Shown: positions 1 through 12,797 of the stretch, piece after piece | Layout of the letters: each line of letters begins with the position of its first letter | Position numbering within the stretch: the first letter of the stretch is position 1 | Source: Octopus vulgaris | Lineage: Eukaryota | Direction: 5' to 3' | NCBI GenBank assembly: GCA_951406725.2 | Contig: OX597815.1 | Coordinates: forward strand, 86,180,001-86,244,000 | DNA: 64,000 nt | Made by a program: the position numbers and the translations under genes | Notes under the pieces: model-generated | Database searches by the model: none | Told to the model about the DNA's origin: nothing | Seen by the model: the letters and a program-made list of their open reading frames with translations, nothing else

Positions 1-18
1 TTTATACATACATATACA

Positions 19-52
<34 letters not shown>

Positions 53-60
53 TTCATGTT

Positions 61-105
<45 letters not shown>

Positions 106-165
106 GTTGGATATTATGACAAATTTGAGTCAGATAACTGACTCAAATTTGTCATAATATCCAAC
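106..165. repeat. Perfect inverted repeat, 28-bp arms, 4-nt loop
   Basis: gttggatattatgacaaatttgagtcag-ataa-ctgactcaaatttgtcataatatccaac. Confidence 0.95.
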
Positions 166-668
166 GCAGCAAGTTTTTGTCATCATTGGAGTGCTCATTA
201 TAATGGCTATTGTCCTCAGGATCGAGTCAATGCTACTAGTATCATAACCAAGTTTTGGGGATACATTTCGATGACAGAGGATGATCAGGAGTCTGAGTTT
301 GAGCTGTATGCACCTCTTTCACACAGTGTCCAGTGGGGTGTTTGGCAAAAGGGTATCCTGAAGACGAACTTTAATATGTGTCGCATTAAAGCTTCCTTCT
401 ATAATCTTCAGTCGTGTGGCATGTTGGCATACCATCCACAAGACTGACTCTTTCTTCCAGAATACACGTAGAGTTGCCTTTCAGGACAAAAGAGAAAGAA
501 AATGACGAACATGACACAGCAAGACCAGGCTCCAAAAGGGATACCAGTTACAGCCTGGACCAACGGTCACATATTAACTTGATTAGCCACAAACAATTTT
601 CCATTCGACGTTGACAGTTACCTCCATGAATCTTTAACCGCGAAGAAACGGTTATAATGATGATGATG
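138..668 (+). mobile_element. Degenerate 3' fragment of an RTE-clade (BovB-like) LINE
   Basis: Broken frames read IESMLL..., ILKTNFNMCRI and RSHINLISHKQFSIRR, resembling the RTE ORF C-terminus (IESMLL..QLRWAGH, KDTLK.NLK.C.I, SRIGLISH..AC.RR). Ends in atctttaaccgcgaag plus a (TGA)n tail. Confidence 0.6.
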
Positions 669-697
669 CCGAATGGTAGCGATGCTGATGATATGTA

Positions 698-781
698 AGT
701 ATGTATGTATGTATGTATGTATGTATGTATGTATGTATGTATGTATGTATGTATGTATGTATGTGTCTGTCTGTCTGTTTG

Positions 782-845
<64 letters not shown>

Positions 846-856
846 CCTATCTATCT
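698..856. repeat. Compound (GTAT)n-(CTGT)n-(CTAT)n microsatellite
   Basis: Directly visible. Confidence 0.95.
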
Positions 857-3740
857 ACAAACACCACACACATATGTATGCATACATATTTTATAATCGA
901 AGTTATCTAATGAAAATAATACATAACATACTCCGAACGAACGGTACAGGATCGCAGATTATGGTAAAAATAATGTTGGTCTATAATAAAACATTTTGAG
1001 TTGTCAAGATTATATGAGAGAACTCAGTTTGCTCCGGGCTTCTTGTGATTTGTGGAGACGGTTGTCTTCGTAAAAATAAATCCAATTTGATGTTCAGCTA
1101 TAAACACAAACATTAACTAATTGACTGAGCGGTTGGGCACACCTGCATTGAAATCGACAAGAGAGTTTATTTATTTGTTCCATGCTGTTAAAACACTTTG
1201 TCATTCTTTAGTGCTTTGCTTGTATGCATTCATGTGCATGAAAGAAGAAAGAATGCAACGTTCGCGAATTTCTCCAAGGTATTCCATATGGTAAATCATA
1301 GCATACTGGTGTGCATGATATATGCGTATATATCAGCACAAATATACGTGAGTAAACACAAGTAAATACTCGTGCACAGGCGTATCTTTGGTTGTGCATA
1401 GAAATATACATATTGATTGCATCACATATGCATACATATATGTGCGTGAGAGCGTGTATACGCGCGTCTGTGTGTGTATATGTGTGTGTGTACGTGTGTG
1501 TGTGCGTGTGTGAAGATACTTATGCATACATGTATATGTGTACGTATACACATCTCGAATATTTATGTAACTGTATGCAGAGAAACACTGTTGAAATTCT
1601 GAAACAGAAGAAATTTATTATAGATCCTTGAATATAATTGGTTAAGACAACATACCTCTAAGCCATTGTCTTGCTCCATATTCATGAAATACCTAAAAGA
1701 AAAAGAAATAAGAACTTGAGAAATACAGAGCCAACAAAATACATGAACCCCACTTTCTGAGAAAGAAAGGGTAAAATATATAAAGCAGAAAATAAATATA
1801 AAGGAAGTATCATTTTAATGAACGTATTATTTGTGAAAGGTATATTTTGGAAATGAAATGCAGCTCCATTTTAAACATCAATAGATGACATGTCAAACAA
1901 TAAAATTTGTAAAACTAAACCGAAATGAAGAATAAGAAGAAAATAAACTATCTTGATTAGTTGTAAATTAAATCGATGTATAATTCAAAGTCAATAGAAA
2001 GCCAGATTGCTTGATAGAAGGAAAGCAAACAATACTCGGATAGAGAAGCAAACAACAGCATCAACAACGGTGTAATGTTTCTAACACGATACTCTGCCAG
2101 ACGTAACGAAACACCAAACCAAATAGCTATTATAGAAATACAAAAGACGGCAAGCTGGCAGAAACTGTACGTCTCCAGTGTCGATGGAATAAGTGCCAGT
2201 TTGTGTTGTTCTTTATTGAGACATCAGGTCAACTCCGATCGAATAGATCTATCATTACAAGCATTCCATCCTTATCCATTCAGTCGTTTTGGGTGTTGGC
2301 ATGTTTCGATACACTATCTAAATGGGTATTCTGTATCAGAGTTGCTTTGGAGCAACGAGCTCCGACAGTAGGTGGTCAGAATCAAATTATAACAACAGTA
2401 TCATTAAAAAACAAAAATTCTTTTAAAGAATATATAGACCGATATAGATTATAAGAAATATTGATATCTTCTGCTTCACAAAAAATTATATTTGAAAGGC
2501 AAGTTAATATTGAAAGGCAATGAGAATTGAATTGAAACTGTTCTATTGTTTAGTCAGTGTTTAAAATATAAGTTATTAAGGAATATTAATATGCTTTATT
2601 TGGATATAAGGCTTTATATTAGGGGTGAAAATGAACTCGTATTGCGTGATGTTATATTTCTTCTGGAGTTATCAGATCCGTTTTTGAAACGCAATGCTTC
2701 TAACAAAACATGCAAACTGAATCAACAGGAGATTAAATCCATCTATATTAAGACACTACAAGAAATATCTTTAGTAGATGAACTCGAATCCTCAAGATTT
2801 CTAGGAAAGGAAATATAGACTACATTGTCCAATATGTCCTTAATAACAAATGATAACAATTAGAAAAAAAATATAAACATTATGTTTTAGGTGGGGATGA
2901 GGGAGCCTTTATACAGTGAAGTGTGGAAATATAAGGAATTTTGTAATAATAGTAATTCATTTAAATATTTATATTTGCGGTGGTTATTTCATTCGACTAC
3001 ACTGCAAAAACGTTCAGCCGTCACATAAGGATTGCAATATTATTGTAAATTCAGGAAGACGATGACATACTAAATGATATATATTATGATTTCTGAATTA
3101 GAAATTTGTGTGTGTGTGTTGCGGGGAGGGTTTAATAGATGCCATCGAACCTAATTGTCGACTGACATTTTATGCACGTTATTTATCGACCCCGTAAGCA
3201 TGAATGTAAATGGTTACTTTGACAGGATTTCATCTCTAAGACTTGGAAAAAAATATTGTAAGGTATTATGCTTGACGCTCAAAAGATAGTACCTAGACAG
3301 TACCTTCAAATGATCTACATAAAATAGTCTACATTAATTGAAATATACCGTACAGTTCCAGGAAAAATAAAAACATAACCGTACTTGCAATTACTTCCCT
3401 ACGTCATTCAGTACGTCAACACCGAATAATTTACGCAAAAATAAAATGAAAATGCATGTACAATTCAAGGCACAACCTCTTTTCTTTGAGCTCACTATTT
3501 ATGCAAACTATATTGGTGCAACATTCTCATAACTTATTTTCTTCTTGCAAATAATTTTTCCACTGATGGAGTCCAGTATAGCCAAAATGTATCTATATCG
3601 GACTACTTTCCTGTTAATAAAGATTTGAGTTTTCACAAAAGCATGAAAATTCAATTTTTTGGTGAAATTAATTCTGGATATTAGTTTTGAAATTATAAGT
3701 TATTCTTAAATGTATTTTTCGCGACAACACAGAAGAATAT

Positions 3741-3996
3741 ACATTATTTACATTATTTACATTTCACATATATTTGTCCTCATTGTGTTTGTTATTAACA
3801 CAACGTTTTGGCTGATATAACTTCCAGCCTTCATCAGGTGTCTTGGGGACTGGGTTCTCATTCCTAAGGTATTTTCCATGTTGTCGTTATTATTATTATA
3901 GCCCGCGCTCTTAACCATTACGCCATATGCCATGGTGTAGGGGTTAAGAGCGCGGGCTGCTAACCCCATGACTCCGAGTTCGATTCCATGCAGTGA

Positions 3997-4066
<70 letters not shown>
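3741..4066. mobile_element. tRNA-head/(TAA)n/hammerhead-tail element, locus 1 (minus-strand unit plus inverted plus-strand tRNA head)
   Basis: Minus strand: partial head 3899-3931 and tail with gacac-CTGATGA-aggctg..cagcc-AAAA-cgtt-gtgtt (3797-3842). Plus strand: head 3932-4000 with A box and B box GAGTTCGATTCC, then (AAT)n. Homologous to 23865-24340 and 32041-32366. Confidence 0.8.
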
Positions 4067-4067
<1 letters not shown>

Positions 4068-4984
4068 CATTATCTAACGTGTTCTTTTCTAAGACCGTAT
4101 GGTGTGATTTGAACGAATTTGGATGCTATTTTAAAATGCCGTTTGACTATATAGAGGATCTGTTGTTAATTTGTGCTATTTTAATAGGCAAAGGTGTGGC
4201 TTCAGAAATTTATGGTCGATGTTGATGATTTTAATGATGCCAATGTTGTTCATACCAATATTGCCATCGTTTTTGTTATTGTTTCATCCTTGGTGAACCA
4301 TTAACGAGCAGACATGTAATCGAAGGAGTCTTAGCCATATTCATCCTCTCTCTGCTTTTGGTATTGTGTATTTACGACTAGAGTGGGTGAAATTGAAAGG
4401 AGAGTCGGCTGTTATTCCTTGTATGACGTGTGAAACTATAGACGATTCTTTTTCTATTTCATTCGTATTTTTGTTTCTTGGGTCTAAATGAGTTATTATT
4501 GAAACAGACAAATGGTCAAACGCTTCCCACTTGTGATCCTCTTCTCAATAATAATAAGAAGTAGTGCATCAAGGACTACATTATTGAAACATTCATTTCT
4601 TTCAAAGAAGGCAGACTGTTATTTTAGGACGATTTGCTTTCTATTTCTAGCCAGTTCAGCAACCGTATGGAGACAGTTTCGTCACTTCGTTATCGATGTT
4701 GTTGTTTTTTTTTTGTTTTTTTTTGTTACATGGTTAACTTTATTGATATAGCTGTTTAGTCACTGTTGTTACTTGTTACTCTAACTGCTACTCTTGAACA
4801 ATCTACTACTGCAACTGGTATTGTTTTTTTTTTTCTTCCGGGTGTTACGTTTATAGTGGTTTTTTTGGCTGTTGATAATCTCTTTTGATGCCGTTGTAGC
4901 TGTTGGTGTTGATATTTCTTTTCTTATTTCGTTTGTTGTTGGAATTTCTTTTATTAACCAATGCCTGCTGCTATTACAGTTGCA

Positions 4985-5700
4985 TTGTTGCTGCTGCTAA
5001 TGATGATGATGATGATGATGATAACGATGGTAATGACTGCAGTGGTGCTAGTGGTGTCGGTGGTGGTGTCGGTGGTGGTGGTGACGGTGACGGTGGTGGT
5101 GGTGGTATTGGTGGCGACGGTAGTTATGATAATAGCGAATAAATAGCAATGCTATAAGCGACAACGCCGGCGGATGATGAAGATGATGATGGTGGTGGTG
5201 ATGGCGATGAGCATCATGATGATCAGGATGATGATGACAGTCTCGTCGACGAAGACAGTGACGGCCAAGATTATGGTAATGAAGATGATAATGATGATAG
5301 CAATATGGGTGATGATATTGATGGTGACGGCAACAGTAATGATATCGCTGCCATTTTCATTCTTTATTACCCGTATAATTCTCGACGCGCTCATTCCTAA
5401 TATTGTGTTTGGATTCGTTGTTGTTGTGATTGTTGCTGCTTGTGTTGCTGATGATGATAATGGCTGTGATGGTGGTGATGGTGGTGGTGGTGGTGGTAGT
5501 GCTTCTATTACTTTTTGTTTTTATTAATGCTATTGTTGTCCATGCAGCTGTGTTTTGTGCTATTATTATAATTGTGCTGTTGTTCATGGGGCCCATGATG
5601 AGGCTGACGTAGTCGCTGTTGCTGCTATAGTTGTTGTTGTGGTTGATGTTGTTCACGTTTTTTTTTCTGGTTGTAGTTGTTGTTGATATAACTGTTGTTG
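4985..5700. repeat. Degenerate GAT/GGT/GTT trinucleotide low-complexity tract
   Basis: Directly visible; source of several spurious ORFs. Confidence 0.85.
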
Positions 5701-5874
5701 CTGTTGTATCATGCTGTACATGAGGATGATATATTATCCTTCTTGTAGTTGTTGTAGTTGTGTTAATTCTTCGTTATTGTCAGTGTTATTATTGTCGTTG
5801 CTTAACTCCAGGTCATCTCTGATTAATTAAGCCCATCACTAAATAGAGTTGGGATGATCATGGCATTCCAGCCC

Positions 5875-6315
5875 GCTCCAGGCTGGCCCAGGCCTTGTGA
5901 GTGGATTCGCTACACGGAAACTGAAAGAAGCCTGAAGTGTGTGTCTGTGTGTGCGTGTATGCTTGTATGGTGTGCGTGTGTGTGTGCGTGTGTGTGCTTG
6001 TATGTGTGCGTGCGTCTGCTTTCGTGTGTATGTGTGTGTGACTGTGTGTGTGTGTACGCGAGCATGTGTGTGTGAGTGTGTGTGTATCTACGTAAGGGTG
6101 TTTTTTGTTTGTTCTCTACAACCACTTGACTACTGGTGTTGGTTTGTTTTGTCCCCATGACTTAACGGTTTCGGGCAAAGACGCTGATAGAATAAATGTC
6201 AGAATTTTTTAAAAAATCAAACAAGCATTAGTACTGAGTTGATTTGTTTTAGTAAAAACCCTTCATGTTGGTGTCCTAGTATGCCCAAATTCCAGTGACT
6301 GAAACAAGTAGAAAA
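5875..6315 (+). mobile_element. SINE family A body and tail with internal (TG)n
   Basis: gccttgtgagtggatt..acggaaactgaaagaagcc-(TG)n-..gactgaaacaagta; matches the reverse complement of 60800-61195. Confidence 0.75.
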
Positions 6316-6519
6316 TTCATTCATATCTGAGATATCTATGTGCGTTCTGCATGTCTTTAAGACGGTGGCAGGCAAATTGAGAACGCTATGACTCCTATCT
6401 CTAACAGGACAAGCGATCATGTAGATGGCTTGTTGGTGATGCTGTTGTCATTGTTTCTACTGTTTTGTTCTTGTTGGTTTTGGTGTTAGAGATGTTTTAT
6501 TTCTTTCGTATCATCTTCC

Positions 6520-6550
<31 letters not shown>

Positions 6551-6551
6551 A

Positions 6552-6596
<45 letters not shown>

Positions 6597-6925
6597 AGGA
6601 TGATAATGATGATGATTAGGTTGAAGAGGTGGAGGAGAGGAGAAACAAAAGGAAGTGAATAATAATATTTGTATTCGTTCTTGTTCCATTTTTTCTTTTA
6701 CTCCTTCTCACACTCCTATTCCCCCTCCTTCGTCGTCTTCTTCTTCTTCTTAATGTTATTATAATTCTTTCTCGCCTCCTCCTCCTCCTCGTTCTTCTTT
6801 TTCTTCCTTGCTCCCTCATCGTTTTCTTCCACTTTTTCTTTCTCTTCTTCTTCTTCTTCTTCTTCTTCGTCTTCTTCTTCTCTTTCTTCTTCTTCTTCTT
6901 CTTCTTCTTCTTCTTCTTCTTCTTT
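6520..6925. repeat. (GAT)n and (CTT)n microsatellites
   Basis: Directly visible. Confidence 0.9.
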
Positions 6926-7228
6926 TTCTTCTCCTACATCTCTTCCTGCTTCTCCCCTTCTTCAACCTTCTTCTCGGTCAGTTGTTATTGTTATTACTAT
7001 TAATCCGACACACTTTCCTCTAGGTTCTGCCACAACTGACAGACAACGTCAATTATGTCCATTAATTGATGTCCGTTGCAGATGGTTTTTACCTGATAAA
7101 AGGAACCAATAAATCTTTTATAGAATCAATACTCTCTAATATTAGATCATCGTCTGCTTGTTAGCATGGACGATAGAAAAGACAAGATTGGGCATAATAA
7201 ACATACTTAGATGCTTTTGCTTGTGCGC

Positions 7229-7261
<33 letters not shown>

Positions 7262-7605
7262 ACTCCAGGGAAATTATTTACTATACATATATATGTGTAT
7301 ACATATATGTATGTATGTACGTATGTATATATGTACGTATGTATCATTCTATTAATGTCTATGTGTGCGTATGTCTGTGAGTGTAGAATGTAATGACCAA
7401 AATTTATAGAATATAATGACCCAAAAAATATTGGGTTTGTGAGTATTTGTACATAAAACTGTATATCTATTTCTGTTTCTTCGTTCAAATACACATAAAC
7501 GTAGAGCATTAAGTACCTGTTGATCAGTTGTACTTAGGTAAACTAAGATTAAATTGCCTATATTCATGTCCATCTAAGATATATATGTACATGTATCTAT
7601 CTATA

Positions 7606-7676
<71 letters not shown>

Positions 7677-7694
7677 ATATATATATATACATAC

Positions 7695-7751
<57 letters not shown>

Positions 7752-7858
7752 TATGTATATATAGTTAATCTAAATATGAAAACACAATAACGCGAGGACG
7801 TGGAACAAGTATAGTGTTATTGGATGTTCAGGAAAGGAAAGAAATAGAAAGAAGGAGG

Positions 7859-7893
7859 ATTTAACGTTTCGAGTGGAGCTCTTCGTCAGAAAG
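7859..7893 (-). ncRNA. Minimal type I hammerhead ribozyme motif
   Basis: Minus strand reads ttt-CTGACGA-a-gag-ctcca-ctc-GAAA-cgtt-aaa: both core boxes intact, 3-bp stem II, palindromic AACGTT stem III, short stem I. Confidence 0.6.
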
Positions 7894-7965
7894 AGAAAAA
7901 GTAAAGATCCACGGAAGGGGAGACGGAGGGAAAAAATCGCCAACGATACACAAGCGGTCACATAT

Positions 7966-8345
7966 ATATAAGGAAACTAAAACACGGTAGAAAATGCTAA
8001 AATAATTTTATCATGATGAATATTTTAGTACCGGTTTCAGACTTCGCGAAATTTTCAAAGCATGAAAAACAATTAAACTGTGGGAAAACTGAATGAAATG
8101 GTTTATTTTTAAAAATACATTTCCTGAGGTTTCAAATGCAAGGGACATTTTCCTTTCTTCTGCCTCGCCACTTGCATTTGAAAACTTTGGAAATATGCTT
8201 TTTTTTTTCAAATATTTCATTTAATTTTTCCACAATTTCATGCTTTACTCTAAGTTGAAAAGTCGCAAAGGCTGAAACCGGTACTAAAATGTTCTTCATG
8301 ATAAAATCCTTTTAGCGTTTTCTACCTTGTGCTATTTTCCTTATA
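7966..8345. repeat. Long imperfect palindromic element (arms about 180 bp)
   Basis: Left arm tataaggaaa..cacggtagaaaatgctaaaa..tttagtaccggtttcag..tttcaaatgcaag is the reverse complement of cttgcatttgaaa..ctgaaaccggtactaaaa..tttagcgttttctacc..tttccttata. Confidence 0.85.
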
Positions 8346-8542
8346 CATATCAACTCATGTTCTTTTTCAACCTTCTACATATGTACGTATATATAAATAC
8401 ATAGATACATACACACACACACACCTATATATATATATATACGTGTGTGTATGTATGTGCATACATATATGAATAGGTATATGTGCATATGTGTGTGTGT
8501 GCATGAGTGTGCGGATGAATGTATGTATATATATGTGATGCG

Positions 8543-8925
8543 TGGAAGCGCAATGACCCAGTGGTTCGGGCAGCGGACTCACCGTCGTAGGATCGCGGTT
8601 TCGATTACCAGACCGGGCGTTGTGAGAGTTTATTGAGCGAAAGCACCTAAAGTTCCACTAGGCTCCTGCGGGGGAGGGGGCGTACCCTGATGTACTCTTT
8701 CACCAAAACTTTCTCTCACTCTTTCTTTCTGTTGCTGATGTACCTGTATTTCAAAGGAGCCAGCTTTGTTACATTCCGTGTCACGCTGAATCTCCCTGAG
8801 AACTACGTTAAGGGTACACATGTCTGCGGAGTGTTCAACCACTTGCTCGTTAATTTCAGGAGCAGGCTGTTCCGTTGATCGGATCAGCCGGGACCCTCGT
8901 TGTCGTAACCGACGGAGTGCCATGA
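8543..8925 (+). mobile_element. tRNA-derived SINE (family B)
   Basis: A box tgacccagtgg and B box gtttcgattacc in a tRNA-like head, followed by a ~300-bp body; flanked by simple repeats. Confidence 0.75.
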
Positions 8926-8996
8926 TATACGTGATGCGTGTATTAGTTTACACAAACACATACACACACACATACAAACACATACACATACATACA

Positions 8997-9084
<88 letters not shown>

Positions 9085-9498
9085 TATGAGTGTGTGTGTG
9101 TGTGTGTTTGTGTGAAAGAGAAAGCTAGAGATTCCTAGAAAATATTAATGATTACCATCTTTGCTGCACGTAACACATATATTCACCTGATGCAAAGTAA
9201 GAACCGGTGGTTTTGCAGAATACGTTTGTATACATGCATCTATGTTTGTTTGTATATATGTATATATACATACTATGTGTGTGTATAAGTGTGTGTGAGT
9301 GTATCTCTGTAATATGTATTCACAACCACAGATGCACACACGCACACACATACACATAACAGAGAAAATAGAGAAAAAGTTGCACTCGTAGTCTACAAGA
9401 CGTCTACAGATATGCACAATAATCAGGATATGTCAGGAAAGTAATGTTTAAATGTAAGTGTTATGCAAACAAATTGAATCAAGATATATAGCTCGTCG

Positions 9499-9533
<35 letters not shown>

Positions 9534-9536
9534 ATA

Positions 9537-9619
<83 letters not shown>

Positions 9620-9620
9620 G

Positions 9621-10460
9621 CAGGGTGCGATGGGTAAATTGTTGCTATTTTACATTTTCGATTTCAGACATGCACATTATTTGTTTTTGATTTTGTAGAC
9701 TAGGCAGTATAGTATGGTCAGTTGGGCACCGTCTGTGAGAAAAACAGTACCACGACGCAATTCACTCTGCCAGAAAATTGGAAACGATATCCTGTACTGC
9801 TTGGCATTCGCGCTGGAAGCTCCAATACAAACATTTCAGAGTCTTTGGCTGTCAATTTGAGGACAATGCAATCTGAGGACATGTACTGAGAATGATAAAA
9901 ATCAAACATCCAGTCAATATCATGGTGTTTGGAGTGATCACTAGTGATGGCGACGTTATGCCTCGAATCATCCTCTAACACGGCTTCAGACTCAACACGG
10001 AGGCCTACATCAAGTGCCTGTGGGGGGTAGTGCTGCTTTGGGTCTAGGGAATGGCTGCTGGAAGACCATATGCTTGGCAACAGGGCTCTGCACCATGCCA
10101 CACAAGTAGGAGAACCCAAACATGACTGTCAGAGAATTTCTGCAACTACATCACCCCTAACATCTGGCCACCTAACTCCCCAGACTACAACCCCCTTGAT
10201 TGTGATGTATGGGGCGGAGGTGAGCAAGAGACCTACAAAACTCCTTGTAGCACAAAATATGAACTGAAGGCAAGTATTATGGCAGCATTCACTATCTTAA
10301 ACAGGCAGACCGGCCAGAAGAGTCGCCAGAAATTCCGAAATAATCTGGAGGCCATGGCTGAAGCCAATGGCGATTTTATTGAATAGATTTACCCCTTAGT
10401 ATTTCAAGATAATTTTATGTAATTTTGATAAATATCTGTGACGATGAGATGTTAGTGTTA
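9621..10460 (+). mobile_element. Internally deleted maT (DD37D) Tc1/mariner-superfamily transposon remnant
   Basis: Starts cagggtg after a (TA)n tract. Frames give KHPVNIMVFGVITSDGDVMP, RLNTEAYIKCL, GRPYAWQQ(G)SAPCHTSRRTQ..WPPNSPDYNPLD; 37 residues separate the 2nd and 3rd catalytic positions. Stops and frameshifts present. Confidence 0.85.
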
Positions 10461-10691
10461 TTTATCTGGACATGACGTCTTTCTACTGTGCAGAAAACTA
10501 TGTGTCGGTCAAATATTTATACATGTTTTTAGATAGATTTATGGCTCAAATTGCATTTTATTTAGTTTATCAGCTACCTATGTATGTTTGTATGTATGTA
10601 TGTACATATCTTTTTCTCTACGTATGTGTATGCATTCATACGTGAATACATACACACACATGCGCACAAGCGTGCGCACACACATACTATA

Positions 10692-10880
10692 AAGGTACAT
10701 GGCTCAGTGGTTAGAGCGTCGGGCTCACAATCATGAGGTAGTCAGTTCAATTCCCGGACCGAGCTGTGTGTTATGTTCTTAAACAAAAGAGGTTGGTATA
10801 CATGGGCGGCTGCTGGTCTTCCATAAACAACTTTGCAATCCCATGTTCATTTATGTCCGAAAGAGAGATCTTTACTTTTA
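10692..10880 (+). mobile_element. tRNA-derived SINE (family C), internally deleted
   Basis: tggctcagtggttagagcg..agttcaattcccggacc; homologous to 39468-39752. Confidence 0.75.
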
Positions 10881-11264
10881 TTTATACATACATAAGCAAT
10901 ATTTATAACGATAAAGAATATGGAGACTGGTACATCCTCAAAATTTATTTCCTTCTATTTTACAATTTCATACAGCATATCTTTATGGTTATTACGACCT
11001 ACATGTGTTTCCACTACAGAAAGTATAGGCAGTTGCACGTGCAAACGGGCATAGTTTTCTCTGCAGTTTCATTTGTCTACCAGCTAGTCTTGAACTGAGC
11101 ATGAATTTCCCAGAAGAGGAATTTTCAACGTGTGTGACAACCCATAGTAATCATAGACTTTAAATAGTAATCGATGCGGTAAACCGTAACATGGAACGTA
11201 ACACAGATCCACCTCAATATCTGCCCGGATAATATATCCCTCAAAACAGAAATTAATATATATG

Positions 11265-11555
11265 ATGCCAGCGCCACCTTGACTGGCTTGCGTGCTAGTG
11301 GCACGTACAAATCACCAACCGATCGTGGCCGTTGCCAGCCTCTTCTGGCCCCTGTGCCGATGGCACGTAAAAAGCGCCCGCTACACTCACGGAGGTGTTA
11401 GCGTTAGGAAGGGTATCCAGCTGTAGAAACACTGCCAGATCAAACTGGAGCCTGGTGCAGGCTTTTGGCTTCCCAGACCCCAGTCGAACAGTCCAACCCA
11501 TGCTAGCATAGAAAACCGACGATAAGGATGATAATGATGATGATGATGATGATGA
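11265..11555 (+). mobile_element. SINE 3' portion with RTE-type tail and (GAT)n end
   Basis: gcgttaggaagggtatccagctgtagaaac..ccaacccatgctagcatagaaaaccgacg-(atg)n. Confidence 0.65.
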
Positions 11556-12234
11556 TATATATATATATATATAGACATATAGATAGATAAGTGATAGGTC
11601 GATAGATAGATGTAGTTATAGATATATATGCGCATGTGTATGCCTGCATGTAAAGTATGTATGTATGTGACGAGTGCATATTTATATACACACAGAAACG
11701 CACGCAAATACACTCACACGGAGTCAAAATGAGTGATTGAACAATATCTTTAAATATATACCGTTTAAGAGTCTATTATGAAGCTCGTCTATATTTCTGT
11801 ATCATTTATTCATATCCCACATCATCTCACTGTAGCTTTTCTACCCATTCCCATTGTTTCATTGACATCCAGAGCCCAGTCATTTTCCGTTGTCCACCAC
11901 TGGGTAGGAATTGCAGAATAGCTTGTCAAATTATCAGCCGTTTATTCTGCCATCCGGTTTGACTAGACCGGCTTTTGAACTACATATCCCGAGATAACTA
12001 AACAATAGCGCTTTAATTTGTACCATTTTTAGAACAATAAATATCCTCTCAACTATTTATAATGACTTATGTCTTATCACAAATATACATACATACATAC
12101 ACACATACATACATACGTACATACATACATACATGCATACATACATACATACATACATATGTACTTATATACTTATATATATACAATCATACGTATACAT
12201 ATATGCATGTAGGTGTTATATATCTATCTTTTCT

Positions 12235-12512
12235 ATCTTTTACTTGTTTCAGTCATTTGACTGCGGCCATGCTGGAGCACCACCTTTATATATATATTTT
12301 TTCCTTTTATTCTTTTAATACTTTATTTGTTTCAGTAAGTTTGACTGCGGCCATGCTGGAACACCGCCTTTAGTCAAAGAAGTCGACCCCAGGACCTGTT
12401 CTTTGTAAGCCTAGTCTCGGTAACTTAGCAGTCTCTTTTACCGATCCGCCAAGTTACGTGGACGTATACACACCAACGTCGGTTGTCAAGTGATGGGGGT
12501 GGGACAAACACC
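12235..12512 (-). mobile_element. SINE family A 3' portion with duplicated terminus
   Basis: tgtttcagt..ttgactgcggccatgctgga occurs twice (about 12245 and 12328), followed by the rest of the tail. Confidence 0.8.
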
Positions 12513-12517
12513 GATGC

Positions 12518-12571
<54 letters not shown>

Positions 12572-12705
12572 GTGTGTATATATATATATATACTGCAAAT
12601 TTAGAGTGAATATTTGATAAATGTAAGCACCTGTATACGCCAGATAGTGGCAGAGGTGAGAGAGAATATATCAAATAAAATCAAAAACGGAACAGAAAGG
12701 ATATC

Positions 12706-12797
12706 GCGGTACACGTGTTTCAAGCTTTATAAACGACCTGTTCATTACATCATCGTATAATAGATATAAAAGATGGTTTAAAGCTCTCTTCAGCCGC
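12706..12797 (-). ncRNA. Type I hammerhead ribozyme motif, intact core, long loop II
   Basis: Minus strand reads gcgg-CTGAAGA-gagcttta-(~55 nt)-taaagctt-GAAA-cacgtg-TA-ccgc. Stem I gcgg/ccgc, 8-bp stem II, palindromic ACACGTGT stem III, GUA cleavage triplet. Confidence 0.75.

Noticed and set aside
673-999. ORFs such as [16 protein letters not shown], and similar ones throughout the window
   Set aside because: Translations of tetra- and dinucleotide microsatellites
2546-2818. 90-aa ORF in AT-rich sequence
   Set aside because: No recognisable domain; non-ATG start
4903-5656. Gly/Asp/Met-rich overlapping ORFs
   Set aside because: Degenerate trinucleotide repeats open in several frames on both strands
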